From the NCBI GenBank assembly GCA_902771695.1, contig CACXXP010000003.1, positions 2,640-66,639 on the forward strand: 64,000 bases of DNA, written 5' to 3'. A program made the position numbers and the translations under genes. A model generated the notes under the pieces. The model was not told the origin of the DNA. It saw nothing but the letters and a program-made list of their open reading frames with translations, and ran no database searches. Below are positions 43,457-54,145 of the stretch, piece after piece. Source of the DNA: an uncultured Pseudomonadota bacterium (GTDB taxonomy: Bacteria; Pseudomonadota; Alphaproteobacteria; Rs-D84). Positions within the stretch are counted from its first letter, which is position 1. Each line of letters opens with the position of its first letter.

Positions 43457-46400
43457 ATGGCAGAAAATAATCAAACCAATACCGCAGAAATTGTACGTGA
43501 ACGCGCCAATACGTCGTCAAAAAATACGATTGTTATGTTGCCGGATATTATTCGTGCATACCATGAAATCGGATTGTTATCCGATGGTGAACGGGACGAA
43601 GTAAACGGTATAAAAAGTGACAGTGCGAAAATCACATATCTTAAAAATAAAATTCGCAGATTGACCCCTGAACACAAATTAAATTTCTGCGATGCGTTTG
43701 TTGGTGATGATTTGACCAATTTCCATGGCGCAACACCGGCGATTTTGGCGTTTGCGTATCGTGCGGCATACAGAAAAGCCCAAGAAGACGAAGGTCAAAA
43801 AGATCGTTTGCAAAAAATCGCAGCACACATAGATGATCTGTCTGCGGATTTCGCCAGTTCCAGCGGTATGATAGTTGATGGCAAGGTTGTTGATACAACA
43901 AATGTCGCAGATGTGTATGATGGATTTGCCGATATGTTGAAGGCCCGTATGGGTGATTTGGATGCGGAAGACGAAGAAAAAAATAATGCAAAACGTGCCG
44001 AGATGGAAAAATTGGGCGTTGCGTTGGATGAATCCAAGATAAATCAGATAAACAATAATTTTGATATTCTTGAAAGCGCGATTGGCGAATATGATGACAT
44101 TTGGGGACTTTCCAAAATTACATCTGCAAATGCATCAAAATTGGAAAATCGCTGGGATAAACTGGATTTCCGGGTTGCACGTGCAGAATTGTGGGGCGAA
44201 ACCAAAGAAGTGATGGCGCGGTACAAATTCTTGGACGACAAAGGTGATGAAATTCCACAATTTAAACGGAATGGACGCAAGGTCTTGAAAGACAGTCGTA
44301 TGGCCACAATCGTGGAATTGGCGCGTCATAATGTTATAAAACGGCATGCGGGAAAATTAGATGAAGAAATAGATTCCGATGCATTAGAAGAAGAATTTAA
44401 TGACGAAGTTTTGTTCTTGCTGTGGAACATGAAGACCCAGGGACAAAATGTGGAAACTTCTATGGATGATCCAGAAATATTCATGGATTATACCAAACGT
44501 GACGAAATTTTGGATACCCAGGCATACCAAGGTGGTGAAATATCAGATAAAGCATACTCGGGGATGTTATTTGCGCATACAAATGCAACGGCTGGTTGGT
44601 TGGCGCGTATCAAGAACAAGGCAGGTGTCGCGGCCCAGAAAGACGATATGGATCGTTTCTTTGATAAGGCCAGTTCTGTCGCAAATATGGATGCGCTCAT
44701 GAAAAAGCGTATGGAATTGTTTAAACGCATATTAAAGGGTTTTGCCAGCGCGTTTATCGCCAGTGCGCTTATTACAACGATTGCCACCGCGGCGGCGGCA
44801 ACGGCGGGAATTTCGTTGGCCGCAGGTCTTGCGATAACTGGATTTATCACGGCGTTGGGTATGGGGTTGGTTCAATATCATCGTTGGAAAAAAGCGCAAC
44901 AGGCCGCTGGTTTACCAACGGATCTTAAAACGATGTTATCTGATCCGCGTATGCTGACAGCATTGGGAACCAGTGCAATTGCTGTAATTGCAATGGTGTT
45001 TGGTGCCGCCGGTATGGCACAGGCCGCAATGATATGTGGATATGGTGCGTTGGCGTTGGGCGGAACCAAGAATGCAGTTGAACTGTATCGTGATGCACGT
45101 AACGCGAATATGTCAGTTGTTGAATCTTTGGCATGGTCAATTGCCGGTGCTGGTGCAATTGCGGGTGGTGGTTTTGCCGGACGTGCGGCGGCGCATGGTG
45201 TAATTGATTGGATTAATCATCGTTGGCCAGAAAATACAACGTTCCAACAGGAAGTTCATGGAACCAAAGAACATACTATTACCGGAGAAATAGAACACAG
45301 CAAGACCGTCACCAATTATCCGGACGGTATGGTGGATAGAGCCGAGGCCGCCGTCAGAAGTTGGTATGCACAGCAATATCCGGATAATCCAGAGGTATTA
45401 CAACAGCATATTGATGCAGTAAATCAATATAACGCGGACTATGGTACGGATTATAATCCATGGACAACATTGCGTGCAATGGCGTTGTGCGATGGTCACA
45501 GTGGTTATGGTTCGCCGGGTTGGATGCATCACTATGGATATACACCGGAACAAATCAATTCGGCGGCAAATGCGATTTATGCGGGTGGATATGATTCCGA
45601 TGGTATGGCACATCTGATAGATTTGCAAATGAATCATATGGATGCATACGGACATATTGGTCGTGCCGGGTCGTTTACAAACCAATTGTATTCGGACCTT
45701 GGGCCAACGCCATCACAACGTACAATAACATGGAATGAGCCATATACACAAACTGTTGAAATACCTGTTACACGTCACGAACCTGTACATGGGGATGGTA
45801 TGGCAATGTTTGGTAATTTTAACCCACGTGACCGTTTCCAGAAATTGCGTGAACGTGTTGGTTCGTTTGTGGACAGAATAAGAAAACGCGATAAAGAACC
45901 GGTGCCGGTTGATGAAGATGATCAAAAATTACTGGGGCCGGGTCGTGATGATAAAAAACCGTTGGAATTGGAACCGGGTCCTGATGATAAAATACCGTTG
46001 GAATTGGAACCGGGTCGTGATGATAAAAAAACGTTAGAATTAGGACCGGGTCGTGACAGTGGATTCTTGCCAAGACCAATCATAGATGAACATGACCAGG
46101 AACGTGTTTTGTGGGTTGATTACAGTTCGGCAAAACGTTGGAAAAATGCCCAAAAACAATTGAAAAAGGCAGAGACAAAAGCAGATAAGACCAGAATACA
46201 ACAAGAAATTAACCATTTGCGTAATCAGTTTGGGCATGCAACGGACGAAGAAATTGACCGCGGGGTTGAATTTGCAGAACTGCATGAAGAGCAATTGCAA
46301 ATTACAGAAGAACTGAAGACACTGCGTGCGAATAAGCCAGATATTGAACGTGGTGCAACAAAATGGGATGTAAAAAATTGGGAGAAAAAACAGGCGCAAT

Positions 46401-48088
46401 TGGTCGCACGGTTCAATGAATTGGATATTGAATTGGCCAAATATGATGTTTATCACAAAACACCAGACAAAGGTGTCCAGGCCAAAAAGAAAGAAGAACG
46501 TCGTGAACAGGCCGCATTGGTAAAACCGGTGGCCACACGTAAATCAAATTCCAAGTATCCAATGTCGGATAAAGTGGAAGAAATCATTAAAAATATGCCG
46601 ACACTTGATTTGAAAGTAAACCGTGATTCTTTGGCAAATATTCAACAATCTACTGCGGAACGTCCATATCCGCCGGTCAAGGCATTATGTGGCGTGTTCA
46701 CATGGTCACATGATATTGGTTTTGCAACCAATATATTGGAAATATTGCCAGATATGGCAGAACGTGAACAGTTGTTAAAGGAAGCACTGGATTATTACAA
46801 GGCGAATTATAGTAATGATGGACAATTCTTTGATGATTGGATTGTTAAAGATTTGGGCGCATTGGTATATGATGGAACGATTACATTGGATGTGTTCAAC
46901 GCATTGCGTGAATATTATGATACTGGGCGTGCCACAGAACCTGTGCAAGAACAGGCACACGAAGAACCGAAACCAGCGGAAGAACCAAAACAGGAAGATA
47001 TTGATTGGTCAAAATATCAGAGTCCGTTCGTATTTGATCACAATAAGATAGAGGTTGAAAGACCGTATGATTTGGGTGATAAATTTAATCTGTCGAATAA
47101 TATGGTGCGCGGTTTTGATATGTCTGATATGATTAAAAAGCCAGATCCAGCCGAAAGATCAGAAAAACCAAAGCCGACACCGAAACCAAAGCCGGTCAAG
47201 AAAGAAAAACCAAAGCCGAAAGCAAAAGCACGACGCAAGGTAAATACATTGATTGCGGCGGTTGAAGAGGCGTATGGCAAATTGGTTCAGCAGCACGAAG
47301 GGCGTGAATATCATGTCCCAGCAACCTTGGAAGATTTGGCCAACGAAGGCGATATAACCCAATTAACAATCGGAAAATATAATGGTTTGCCGTTCAGTTT
47401 GATGAATATAAATGATAATGGTAATCCATTTGTTGAAAGTGAAGATGGTCCGGTTGTGCTTGTTAATTGGCAAGGCATAGTGATTCCTTTCGTGCAGGCC
47501 ACAGGGATGAACACGGATAATCCAGTGACCCCAGGAAAATGGTATCCAGTATCAAACGTACAGGGCAATGGGCATTTGTGGACTCCGTCGCACATAATGG
47601 AACAAAATAGATATGAATACGAGGTTGAACACAAACAAGATCACGAAGCAGAATACGGTATGTTGATGCAAATGGCCGGCGTATTGGATGACGCTGTTGG
47701 TGATATCCGTAATTACAAAGATATCGAATTGACACGTCAATATCATGAAAACGGTGGTGACCCACAAAACTTCGTCGGTGGGTGTGATGTTATACCAACC
47801 GCAGACAGTGATGTCATATTGCGTACATTGGGAAATTCAGTGTATTACTATGACGGCGTGGATCATTCTGTTTATGGTACATACGGAACATCTGCAACAC
47901 GTGATAAGGCATTGACGTATCGTGCGTTGAACAGAATTGTAGACCAGAAATGGTTCAAGGATCATTCGTTCCTTGGTAGATTGCGTCGCGGGGTAAATCG
48001 TGCTGAGGTGTGGGTTCGTCAGATGGTACAAAATGCTGAACAAAGCTTTAACAATTTGTTTGGCAAAGACCCCAGAGAGAATTATTAA
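43457..48088 (+). CDS. Giant (1543 aa) orphan protein with a central multi-TM hydrophobic block, tandem repeats and a Pro/Lys-rich linker; candidate secreted effector
   Basis: Single uninterrupted ORF with SD GGGGGA. Ala/Gly-rich hydrophobic stretches lie around aa 425-590. Contains the PGRDDKKPLELE repeats and KPKPTPKPKPVKKEKPKPKAKARRK. Confidence 0.7.
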   Translation: MAENNQTNTAEIVRERANTSSKNTIVMLPDIIRAYHEIGLLSDGERDEVNGIKSDSAKITYLKNKIRRLTPEHKLNFCDAFVGDDLTNFHGATPAILAFAYRAAYRKAQEDEGQKDRLQKIAAHIDDLSADFASSSGMIVDGKVVDTTNVADVYDGFADMLKARMGDLDAEDEEKNNAKRAEMEKLGVALDESKINQINNNFDILESAIGEYDDIWGLSKITSANASKLENRWDKLDFRVARAELWGETKEVMARYKFLDDKGDEIPQFKRNGRKVLKDSRMATIVELARHNVIKRHAGKLDEEIDSDALEEEFNDEVLFLLWNMKTQGQNVETSMDDPEIFMDYTKRDEILDTQAYQGGEISDKAYSGMLFAHTNATAGWLARIKNKAGVAAQKDDMDRFFDKASSVANMDALMKKRMELFKRILKGFASAFIASALITTIATAAAATAGISLAAGLAITGFITALGMGLVQYHRWKKAQQAAGLPTDLKTMLSDPRMLTALGTSAIAVIAMVFGAAGMAQAAMICGYGALALGGTKNAVELYRDARNANMSVVESLAWSIAGAGAIAGGGFAGRAAAHGVIDWINHRWPENTTFQQEVHGTKEHTITGEIEHSKTVTNYPDGMVDRAEAAVRSWYAQQYPDNPEVLQQHIDAVNQYNADYGTDYNPWTTLRAMALCDGHSGYGSPGWMHHYGYTPEQINSAANAIYAGGYDSDGMAHLIDLQMNHMDAYGHIGRAGSFTNQLYSDLGPTPSQRTITWNEPYTQTVEIPVTRHEPVHGDGMAMFGNFNPRDRFQKLRERVGSFVDRIRKRDKEPVPVDEDDQKLLGPGRDDKKPLELEPGPDDKIPLELEPGRDDKKTLELGPGRDSGFLPRPIIDEHDQERVLWVDYSSAKRWKNAQKQLKKAETKADKTRIQQEINHLRNQFGHATDEEIDRGVEFAELHEEQLQITEELKTLRANKPDIERGATKWDVKNWEKKQAQLVARFNELDIELAKYDVYHKTPDKGVQAKKKEERREQAALVKPVATRKSNSKYPMSDKVEEIIKNMPTLDLKVNRDSLANIQQSTAERPYPPVKALCGVFTWSHDIGFATNILEILPDMAEREQLLKEALDYYKANYSNDGQFFDDWIVKDLGALVYDGTITLDVFNALREYYDTGRATEPVQEQAHEEPKPAEEPKQEDIDWSKYQSPFVFDHNKIEVERPYDLGDKFNLSNNMVRGFDMSDMIKKPDPAERSEKPKPTPKPKPVKKEKPKPKAKARRKVNTLIAAVEEAYGKLVQQHEGREYHVPATLEDLANEGDITQLTIGKYNGLPFSLMNINDNGNPFVESEDGPVVLVNWQGIVIPFVQATGMNTDNPVTPGKWYPVSNVQGNGHLWTPSHIMEQNRYEYEVEHKQDHEAEYGMLMQMAGVLDDAVGDIRNYKDIELTRQYHENGGDPQNFVGGCDVIPTADSDVILRTLGNSVYYYDGVDHSVYGTYGTSATRDKALTYRALNRIVDQKWFKDHSFLGRLRRGVNRAEVWVRQMVQNAEQSFNNLFGKDPRENY
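45935..46057 (+). repeat. 3.4 copies of a 36-nt in-frame tandem repeat
   Basis: GGNCCGGGTCGTGATGATAAAAAACCGTTGGAATTG variants, encoding PGRDDKKPLELE. Confidence 0.9.
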
Positions 48089-48092
48089 AAAA

Positions 48093-48121
48093 ATGCGGGG
48101 AATTTTTCCCGCATTTTTTTT
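48093..48121 (+). terminator. Intrinsic terminator after the giant ORF
   Basis: TGCGGG-gaattttt-CCCGCA followed by T8. Confidence 0.7.
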
Positions 48122-48153
48122 CGCATAAATATATTTTTTATTCATTAATTTTG

Positions 48154-48162
48154 TGATATAAT
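48154..48162 (+). promoter_or_regulatory. Extended -10 promoter element placed for a leaderless OMP transcript
   Basis: TGaTATAAT ends 7 nt before the ATG at 48170. No SD. Confidence 0.4.
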
Positions 48163-48169
48163 ATACAGC

Positions 48170-49123
48170 ATGAGAAGTAGGATATTACATTTTATCATTT
48201 GTGCATGCGCATTAAATGTTGGTACGGCGTGCGCGAATTGGCAATATTCTGGCGAATATACATATGATATGGCATATCGTGACAATGGCGAACGCGCGAC
48301 AGTGTCTTTGCGTGGCGGCATGACATATGCGATGTCCAAAATTGAAAATAATGTTGGTTCTATTGTAACATCGTTTTGTGTGAATCGCACCACAGGCGAA
48401 GTTATACCGTTGGGTAATGGTGAAGATTGTTCGTCATATTCCGGATTTGAAGATGCGGGTACCGGAAATTATGGAAAATTGGGTGCATCTGATTTATCTG
48501 GGGTTGCTTTTTCGGGGGGTGCAAGTATTGGTTGGGTCTTGCCTGATCGCCCACAATGGCGTTTGGAATTGGGATGGGATCATTTTTCCGAAATTGATTA
48601 TAACCAATCACCGTTATTTTCAGGTAATATAAAATTGTCCGGGGGCGACACAATAACCATAGAAAGTGGTGCCGTTCAATCAACCATATCTTCGGATATT
48701 ATAAGTGTTATGGCATATTACGATTTCTTTGATGGTGTGCGTAAACCATTGAACGAAATGATACCATACATTGGTTTGGGTTTCGGATATGCCGATGTTA
48801 AAACAGTTATGAATTTATCGGACCCATGGGGCGATTTATCCCAAGTTGAAGATTTAACCAACTTTGGAACGCTAAATGAAAATGGGGTATTGCAATTTTA
48901 TCGTTCTAAAACAAATACATCAACGGTTGCGGGTATTGCGGCACTTGGCGTTTCATATGGTTTGAACCAATATTTGTTCTTGGATTTTGGCGCACGTGTT
49001 TCATATATTCCGCGTGTGAAATATCGTTTGGTTAATGTTGATGACACACGCCGCATGGATTTGTTCAGTGCCAAAAATTTGTTCTATGCCAATGTTATGT
49101 TGGGTATCAGATTTGAGTTCTAA
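48170..49123 (+). CDS. Beta-barrel outer membrane protein
   Basis: Signal peptide ...GTACA and C-terminal ...MLGIRFEF. Confidence 0.7.
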   Translation: MRSRILHFIICACALNVGTACANWQYSGEYTYDMAYRDNGERATVSLRGGMTYAMSKIENNVGSIVTSFCVNRTTGEVIPLGNGEDCSSYSGFEDAGTGNYGKLGASDLSGVAFSGGASIGWVLPDRPQWRLELGWDHFSEIDYNQSPLFSGNIKLSGGDTITIESGAVQSTISSDIISVMAYYDFFDGVRKPLNEMIPYIGLGFGYADVKTVMNLSDPWGDLSQVEDLTNFGTLNENGVLQFYRSKTNTSTVAGIAALGVSYGLNQYLFLDFGARVSYIPRVKYRLVNVDDTRRMDLFSAKNLFYANVMLGIRFEF

Positions 49124-50649
49124 TTTGATTTAACACCGTATTTGCCACGATTTATCGGACGATAAGAAATCGCTTCGGCCAAATCTTGCATTTCAATGTC
49201 GCCGGCGCCACGCAAATCTGCAATTGTGCGTGCAATACGTTTTATCCGGTTATATCCGCGTGCCGACATGCCCATCTTTTCTGCCGCCATATTCAGAAAG
49301 TTTGTTAATTCGTCTGATAATTTAACATATCGTTCTAAATCAGCACCGTCCAGTAATGCATTGACATAACCTTGGCGGGCAATTTGACGATTGCGTGCGG
49401 CAATTACGCGTGCACGAATGGTTGCGCTTGATTCATTGTGTTCGTCTTTGGTCTTGTTCATTTCCCACGGATTTACCGCATCAACATCCACATGTAAATC
49501 TATACGATCCAACAATGGCCCCGATATTTTGTTCTGGTATGCTTCGGCACAACGTGGCGCACGTGAACAAGACAATGCGGCATTTCCCAAATGACCGCAC
49601 GGACATGGATTCATTGCCGCAATCAGTTGAAAGCGTGCGGGATATGTGGCATTACGCCGGGCACGTGAAATCATTATTTTGCCCGATTCCATCGGTTGAC
49701 GCAGTATTTCCAGTGTTGCCCGATTAAATTCAGGTAATTCGTCCAAGAATAAAACACCATTATGTGCCAATGATATTTCGCCGGGGCGTGCATCCGAACC
49801 ACCGCCGGCCAATGCGACTGGACTTGATGTGTGGTGAACACTGCGGAATGGGCGATGTGACATCAGTGTATTATTATCCAATCCACCTGCAATAGAATAT
49901 ATTATGGATGTTTCCAATACTTCATCTGATGTCATTTCCGGCATAATGGTTGCAAGACGTGATGCCAACATGGTTTTGCCCGATCCTGGTGGCCCAACCA
50001 TTAACATTGCGTGTCCGCCCGCGGCCGCGATTTCCAGTGCACGTTTTGCGGCGGCCTGGCCATGAACTTCGGACATATCTGGACCCGTATTTTTTGTGGC
50101 GTTTGATGATTCCGGCATTTCCGGTGTTGGCAACAAACATTTTCCATTAAAATGATTTATCAATTCCAATACATGAAACGGTGCAAGTATATTTGTATGT
50201 CCGGCAAATCGTGCCTCGGGGCCTTGGGGACCGGGACAGATTACACCATATCCATTTTTGTTTGCCCAAACACTTGCGGCCAATACAGCATTTGTCTTTA
50301 CAATTGTTCCGTTCAGGCCGACTTCGCCAATAATGATATATTTGGACATTTGTTCTTCGGGTAATACGTTAAATGCACACAGTATCCCACACAGTATCGG
50401 CAGGTCAAAATGAGAACCACTTTTTTCCACATCTGCCGGCGACAGGTTAACCGTCAAACGTTTCGGTGGTAATTGTAATCCCAATGCCGCCAACACATTA
50501 CGAATACGTTCCGCAGATTCTTTGACCGCCCGGTCGGCAAGCCCGATTATATTGAATTCCGGCCGTGCCAGACCCGCAGAAATCTGAACCTGGACATCAA
50601 TCTTGGTGGCGTCCATACCATTAAAAATAATAGAACTTAAAGAAATCAT
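49120..50649 (-). CDS. comM: YifB/ComM family Mg-chelatase-like ATPase
   Basis: Lon-like N-domain, Walker A GPPGSGKTM, LFLDELPEF and a C-terminal ChlI-like region. Confidence 0.9.
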   Translation of the reverse strand: MISLSSIIFNGMDATKIDVQVQISAGLARPEFNIIGLADRAVKESAERIRNVLAALGLQLPPKRLTVNLSPADVEKSGSHFDLPILCGILCAFNVLPEEQMSKYIIIGEVGLNGTIVKTNAVLAASVWANKNGYGVICPGPQGPEARFAGHTNILAPFHVLELINHFNGKCLLPTPEMPESSNATKNTGPDMSEVHGQAAAKRALEIAAAGGHAMLMVGPPGSGKTMLASRLATIMPEMTSDEVLETSIIYSIAGGLDNNTLMSHRPFRSVHHTSSPVALAGGGSDARPGEISLAHNGVLFLDELPEFNRATLEILRQPMESGKIMISRARRNATYPARFQLIAAMNPCPCGHLGNAALSCSRAPRCAEAYQNKISGPLLDRIDLHVDVDAVNPWEMNKTKDEHNESSATIRARVIAARNRQIARQGYVNALLDGADLERYVKLSDELTNFLNMAAEKMGMSARGYNRIKRIARTIADLRGAGDIEMQDLAEAISYRPINRGKYGVKSN

Positions 50650-50731
50650 GATTTTTACATTATAAACTTGCCATAATTGAATTCAAGTTATAAAATGCCA
50701 AACATACAATTGTCACAAAAAAGGAAAGATT

Positions 50732-51610
50732 ATGCCTATGAAGTCAAAAAATCGTATGCGTGAATGGTTTGATACACTGTTTTACGGAATATTGATTGCC
50801 ATTGTTTTTCGCAGTTTATTTTTGGAACCATTCAATATACCGTCTGGGTCAATGATACCGACACTGCATATCGGCGACCATATTTTTGTGACCAAATGGT
50901 CATACGGTTATTCGCGGTATTCTTTCCCGTTTGGTTCGTGGAAATTATGGAACGGCCGTGTATTCGGACGCACGCCAAAGGTTGGCGATGTAATCGTATT
51001 TCGCAATCCGGTTGATGAATCTGTGGATTATGTAAAACGTCTGGTGGCGTTGCCGGGTGACACGGTTCAGGTTAAACATGGGCGCCTGTACATAAATGGT
51101 CAAATGCTGGAACGTAAAGACCCACGTCCGTATGTTGTTGCGGTATTGCCACGTTCACTGCGTTCGGTTGGATATTATCATGAAAACATGACGGTAAAGG
51201 GTAATAAAATCTGGGTTGATAATGAACCCGCAAAGTTTAATTACACCATTGAATACAAAAGTGACAAACAGTGTCGCGAAAACGAAGGTATGTGCGGTGT
51301 GTTTAATGCCACAGAATATACCGAGGTTTTACCCAACGGTGTTGAACACAGCATCATAGAATTTACGGACGAAGGTTATATGGATAATACAGATGAATAC
51401 TTGGTCCCAGAAAAGCATTTATTCTTTATGGGTGATAACCGCGACAACAGCAACGACAGCCGCGCAGACGTCGGTTTTGTGCCAATGGATAATGTGTTGG
51501 GGCGTGTATGGTTTATATGGTATTCTCATAACTATGCGGCGCCGATGTTGACATTCTGGAATTGGAATTCCAAAATGCGCTGGGACAGATTTGGTAAAGG
51601 AATACATTAA
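50732..51610 (+). CDS. lepB: Signal peptidase I
   Basis: Catalytic PSGSMIPTL, VKRLVALPGD and GDNRDNSNDSR. Confidence 0.9.
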   Translation: MPMKSKNRMREWFDTLFYGILIAIVFRSLFLEPFNIPSGSMIPTLHIGDHIFVTKWSYGYSRYSFPFGSWKLWNGRVFGRTPKVGDVIVFRNPVDESVDYVKRLVALPGDTVQVKHGRLYINGQMLERKDPRPYVVAVLPRSLRSVGYYHENMTVKGNKIWVDNEPAKFNYTIEYKSDKQCRENEGMCGVFNATEYTEVLPNGVEHSIIEFTDEGYMDNTDEYLVPEKHLFFMGDNRDNSNDSRADVGFVPMDNVLGRVWFIWYSHNYAAPMLTFWNWNSKMRWDRFGKGIH

Positions 51611-51611
51611 A

Positions 51612-52241
51612 ATGAAGTTGAAATATAAATTCAAGAACCAAGATTTATTTGCGTTGGCCATGACCCAAAGCGGTGTTGATGGTGTGCATAATAATGAAAA
51701 GTTAGAATTTGTTGGCGATCGTGTATTGGGGTTAAGTGTATCTTCTATGTTATACACAATGTTCCCAAATGAAACCGAAGGCGAATTGGCACGGCGATAT
51801 GCATCATTGGTTTCAACCGAAACGTTGGCAGATGTCGCAATAAAGTTGGAATTGGAAAAATCGTTGCATCATGGACACATTACAGGCGGTCGTAAACGTC
51901 ACATGCTGGCCAATGCGATGGAGGCGGTTCTTGGGGCAATATTTTTTGATTCTGGGTTTGATGCCGCACGTGAAGTTATTTGTGATATATGGCGTGATTT
52001 GGCCGCCGCCGAATTAGAAGCCCCCAAAGATTCTAAAACAAAACTGCAAGAATTCGTCCAGAAACACGCAAACGGGCTGTTGCCATCGTATGAATATTCG
52101 GAAACAACCGGTGCACCACATTGCCCAATGTTCACGGTGACCGTGACGGCAATGGGACAAATGGCCACGGGCCAGGGGACATCTAAGAAAGATGCCAGTA
52201 CCGCCGCCGCAGACGCATTGTTGAAAAAACTTGCAATTTAG
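51612..52241 (+). CDS. rnc: Ribonuclease III
   Basis: NEKLEFVGDRVLG signature and a C-terminal dsRBD (..DSKTKLQEFVQ..). The ATG at 51612 follows the lepB stop. Confidence 0.9.
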   Translation: MKLKYKFKNQDLFALAMTQSGVDGVHNNEKLEFVGDRVLGLSVSSMLYTMFPNETEGELARRYASLVSTETLADVAIKLELEKSLHHGHITGGRKRHMLANAMEAVLGAIFFDSGFDAAREVICDIWRDLAAAELEAPKDSKTKLQEFVQKHANGLLPSYEYSETTGAPHCPMFTVTVTAMGQMATGQGTSKKDASTAAADALLKKLAI

Positions 52242-52292
52242 TATTTGGGTAATTAAAATTGGGTAAATCAAAATAAATCAAAGGAATAAAAA

Positions 52293-52727
52293 ATGTTTTC
52301 AATTTTGTTGGTATTATTGATAATTGTCGCAGTATTTATGACCGGTATCATTTTGTTACAGAAATCCGAAGGCAGTGGCATGTCCGGTTCATCGGCGGCA
52401 TCCATGTTCGGTGGCGCATTAACAGGGGCCGCGGCGGGTAATTTCCTGACCAAATTGACGACATGGTTGGCGGTAATATTCTTTGTGTTATGTGCGGCAT
52501 TGGCATTGGTTTCATCAAAATCAAACATGGCAAACCCACAAAATGATATTCGTGCCGAATTGGTTGCGGGCGAACAGGCCGGCGAAAAGACCGCCGAAGA
52601 TACGGCCAAAGAAGCTGGGTTGAACCCTGAATCCGTAACACCGGCGGAACCAGCAACGACAGAAGAAAAAGCCGAAGAGCCAAAACCAGAACCTGCAAAA
52701 GAATCTAAAAAGACAACCAAGAAATAA
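52293..52727 (+). CDS. secG: Preprotein translocase subunit SecG with a long acidic/Pro-rich C-terminal extension
   Basis: GIILLQKSEGSGMSG motif and two TM helices in the first roughly 75 aa. The remaining roughly 70 aa are low-complexity E/K/P/A/T. Confidence 0.8.
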   Translation: MFSILLVLLIIVAVFMTGIILLQKSEGSGMSGSSAASMFGGALTGAAAGNFLTKLTTWLAVIFFVLCAALALVSSKSNMANPQNDIRAELVAGEQAGEKTAEDTAKEAGLNPESVTPAEPATTEEKAEEPKPEPAKESKKTTKK

Positions 52728-52753
52728 AAAAAAACGCCCAAACGGGCGTTTCT

Positions 52754-54094
52754 TTATATCTTGGCACCTTGCATTTGTTCGGTTTTTCGTTTGGCAATCA
52801 TTGTTTCCATTTCTTTAATCCAGTTATAACTTTTTTCTGGGTCTTTTGGATCGCCATACATCGCAGTTTTAAGGAATTCGCCAAGTTCGGCCAAATCACG
52901 TCCACGATTAAACGTTTGTCCTTTCTTTTCATCAAACGCCATCAAGAACGTTTTTATTGCACCGATTTTTATTTCCAATATCTTCATGAGGTGTTCTTGT
53001 TCTGCGCTATTTTGTGTTGATGCTTTATTTAATTCTGCAATTTGTGTCTCGTACTTCTGGCTTGCTTCTTCCTGTGCGGTACGTTCTTCTTGCAATTGTT
53101 GTTTTGCTTTTGTTAATTCCGTTTCTGTGGCCGTTTTAGATTTTTCTAATTCTGCCACTTGGTCCTGTAACTGTTTATTTTCCTGTACCGTTTCGGCAAT
53201 GGATGCTGATACAGATTGTTCAAAATCTTGGAAATAACTATCACCATGAAAATCCAAGATAGTTTTCAAATCATATTTAACTGTCAAAAGCTCTTTCCGA
53301 ATTGTAATTTTTTCGTCTAATTTTTGTCTATCTGAATCAGGTAAACGGTAATGCATCACATTCAAAATCTCATTCAAATCTTGGATGGCATCTTGTAACA
53401 ATTGTTTCAATTCATCGGGATTGCCAAAATCCCCACGTTCTGGGTGTGGAACGGCCCCTTCTATTTGTGAATCAATAATTTGTTCTGCGCGTGCGTAAAC
53501 CCCTTCTAATTCATCTGGTTTACATACACTTGCATAAACAAGTAAATCTTTGACGGTCGCGTTTGGATGTGTTGCCATCTTATAGTAGACTTCGTTCTTA
53601 ATATCCTGGTTTGTTGATTTATTTTTCAAGACCGTTAGGTAATAATATTGGACATCTGGATCGGATATACCGTTTTCCCCTATACTTTTTAACAACATTC
53701 CACTAAGTACCGGATCGATGTTACTTTTTGCTATTGATGCGACAACGCGCATCATATTAATAAACTTTTTCGCCTCTGGGTCTGGGTATTCGCGAAGGGC
53801 ACGTGCGACCTGGGGATATATTATTTTTTCTGATGGGGCGGCATACAAGTTCTTTTCTTCGTATCGTTTGAGCCCTTGGGCTAGTCTTTCTCCGACATAT
53901 CGCATGGCATCTGTTTGTCTTTCCTTGGGAATAGCTACAAAATCAGCGTATTCGCCATCTAATATATCCGCCAACAGCCATGCGGGCCAATTTGGAATGC
54001 CGGTCTGTGCCCGAGAGGCTTTCATAAGTTCCATAAAAGCACGTGCAAAATCATTGATGTTCATGTATTCTGGTTGCATCGCTATTTCCGCCAT
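52754..54094 (-). CDS. Hypothetical 446-aa protein with a long C-terminal coiled coil
   Basis: Long ORF with heptad-rich QE/KE segments (..LQDQVAELEKSKTATETELTKAKQQLQEERTAQEE..). No domain recognised. Confidence 0.55.
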   Translation of the reverse strand: MAEIAMQPEYMNINDFARAFMELMKASRAQTGIPNWPAWLLADILDGEYADFVAIPKERQTDAMRYVGERLAQGLKRYEEKNLYAAPSEKIIYPQVARALREYPDPEAKKFINMMRVVASIAKSNIDPVLSGMLLKSIGENGISDPDVQYYYLTVLKNKSTNQDIKNEVYYKMATHPNATVKDLLVYASVCKPDELEGVYARAEQIIDSQIEGAVPHPERGDFGNPDELKQLLQDAIQDLNEILNVMHYRLPDSDRQKLDEKITIRKELLTVKYDLKTILDFHGDSYFQDFEQSVSASIAETVQENKQLQDQVAELEKSKTATETELTKAKQQLQEERTAQEEASQKYETQIAELNKASTQNSAEQEHLMKILEIKIGAIKTFLMAFDEKKGQTFNRGRDLAELGEFLKTAMYGDPKDPEKSYNWIKEMETMIAKRKTEQMQGAKI

Positions 54095-54145
54095 AATTTT
54101 CTCCTTCCTTGATGGAATAATTATATCACAAAAAGCGTAATAATA

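Noticed and set aside
43471-48145. Numerous 60-140-aa ORFs on the minus strand and in alternative frames inside the giant gene; similar shadow ORFs occur inside priA, bamA, the portal gene and others
   Set aside because: They are nested within long, well-supported ORFs, lack RBSs and have odd composition. These are typical shadow ORFs.
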